From assembly GCA_963745025.1 (NCBI GenBank), contig CAVUWD010000011.1, positions 608,742-672,741 on the forward strand: 64,000 bases of DNA. The letters are read 5' to 3'. Source of the DNA: an uncultured delta proteobacterium (GTDB lineage: Bacteria; Desulfobacterota; Binatia; JACPRU01). This document shows positions 62,591-64,000 of this stretch, piece by piece; position 1 is the stretch's first letter, and every line of letters starts with the position of its first letter. Both the position numbers and the translations under genes were made by a program. The notes beneath the pieces are model-generated. The model did not search any database and was not told the origin of the DNA. It saw nothing but the letters and a program-made list of their open reading frames with translations.

Positions 62591-64000
62591 CTTTGGATCG
62601 TGATCCTTCATGGCCGGCCGGCGATGTACAACGTCGGCCGGCCACCACCGAGCAAGAGAGGAACATCGATAATGGAGAGAACACGAGAAGGGACGGGCCG
62701 CGAGGCTCGCCGCGACGACAACCAAACTTCGCAAATCAACTTAGGGGGAACTAGGCCATGACACTCGACAAGAAATTCGCCGCTCTGATTACCTCGCTCG
62801 TATTGATGGCTGCCACCTCTGGCTACGCGCGCGCGGCGGGGTACGTGCAGTCCAACCTGGTTTCAGACATACCCGGGCTCGCGCAATTTACCGATCCCAC
62901 GCTGCTCAATCCGTGGGGCATCGCGTTCTTCCCCGGCAACCCTTTGTGGGTCAACGACAACAATGCGGGGCTGTCTGCCCTCTACGACGGTCTGGGAGTT
63001 CCGTTTCCCGGACTGCCGCAGGTCACCATCCCGGCGCCAATGAACGCCACCGGTGGAACTCCGACCGGAATCGTCGCCAACTTTTTTGTCGGGGGCGGGG
63101 CCTTCGCAATCCCCAACCCGCCGACCGGCAACTTCGGTCCGGCGCTATTCATCTTCTCCACCGAGGACGGCACCATCGAGGCATGGAACATCGCGGGGTT
63201 CCCTAGCCCCGGCAGCCCTGGCATCCCCAATCCGCTTACTGCCGTGATCGTCGTGGATAACTCGGCGGGCGGCGGACCCACCGGCGCCGTTTACAAGGGG
63301 CTCGCGCTCGAGGCGAACACGACCAACGGGCCGCTTCTCTATGCGGCCAATTTCCGCACCGGCAATATCGATGTCTTCGACACCAATTTCCATCAGGTAA
63401 CTCTGAGCGGTTCATTCGCCGACCCGAACGTGCAGCACGGATACGCGCCCTTCGGCATTCAGGATGTCAACGGCGAGCTCTGGGTGACCTACGCGATGCA
63501 GGATAAGGCGAAACATGACCCGGTCAACAAGCCGGCGCATGGCTTCGTCAGTGTGTTCGACACCGACGGCAACCTCCTCCAGCACTTTGCCCAGCACGGG
63601 CACCTGGACTCGCCATGGGGTGTGGCGCTGGCGCCGGCGAGCTTCGGCCGATTCGCCAACGACATCCTGATCGGGAATTTCGGCAACGGCAAGATCAACG
63701 CGTATGATCCGGCGACCGGCCACTGGCTGGGAACGGTTTCCGGACCCGACGGCAAGCCCCTCATCAATGACGGATTGTGGTCGCTGACGTTCAGCGGTCC
63801 GAGCGCACTGACGCCGCTCGGCGCGCAGCCCGACACGCTGTACTTCACGGCGGGGCTGAACGACGAGGCAGATGGACTTTTCGGCACGATCTTGCCGAAC
63901 TAGCCGAGCCGTACTGGAGCCATGTCCAGCGAGAGTAAGCGCGTGCTCGATTCGCTTCCCTGGTCCTTGGATGCGGGGAAGCTCGCGGGCGTAGGGATCG
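61187..64000 (+). repeat. Direct repeat of 34105-36920 (continues to the window edge)
   Basis: Constant offset 27082, then 27080 after the frameshift; scattered substitutions. Confidence 0.9.
62758..63903 (+). CDS. TIGR03118-family secreted protein, copy B
   Basis: 381 aa, a few substitutions versus 35678-36823. Confidence 0.9.
   Translation: MTLDKKFAALITSLVLMAATSGYARAAGYVQSNLVSDIPGLAQFTDPTLLNPWGIAFFPGNPLWVNDNNAGLSALYDGLGVPFPGLPQVTIPAPMNATGGTPTGIVANFFVGGGAFAIPNPPTGNFGPALFIFSTEDGTIEAWNIAGFPSPGSPGIPNPLTAVIVVDNSAGGGPTGAVYKGLALEANTTNGPLLYAANFRTGNIDVFDTNFHQVTLSGSFADPNVQHGYAPFGIQDVNGELWVTYAMQDKAKHDPVNKPAHGFVSVFDTDGNLLQHFAQHGHLDSPWGVALAPASFGRFANDILIGNFGNGKINAYDPATGHWLGTVSGPDGKPLINDGLWSLTFSGPSALTPLGAQPDTLYFTAGLNDEADGLFGTILPN

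Overview
GC-rich bacterial accessory region. The gene families resemble those of Binatia/Myxococcota/Acidobacteriota-type organisms, but that is an impression and was not tested. No rRNA, tRNA or CRISPR array was seen. (1) At 8.7-24.7 kb there is an apparently coherent two-tier regulatory system. A GAF-PAS sigma54 enhancer-binding protein is encoded here. A complete sigma54 promoter (two palindromic UAS, an IHF-like site, -24/-12) sits in front of a leaderless STAS + ECF sigma operon. Seven copies of an ECF-type promoter G(A/T)A(A/T)C-N16/17-CATC(C/T) precede glucose dehydrogenase + anti-sigma, a bufferin-like precursor, NDH-2-cNMP + GH63, a VOC protein, a small membrane ORF + GMC oxidoreductase, a debranching-enzyme remnant and DoxX + aquaporin. 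(2) At 32.5-64 kb a ~7.4 kb block (ECF sigma, secreted proteins, TIGR03118 protein, tautomerase, STAND-wHTH-cyclase) occurs a second time, cut into four pieces with two of them inverted and interleaved with adenylate/guanylate cyclase genes and remnants. The window is also rich in deletion-scarred gene fragments (IS110, tyrosine recombinase, DUF692, GlcG, VapC, PQQ dehydrogenase) and in cNMP-binding domain fusions. All product calls come from motif recognition by eye, not database searches.
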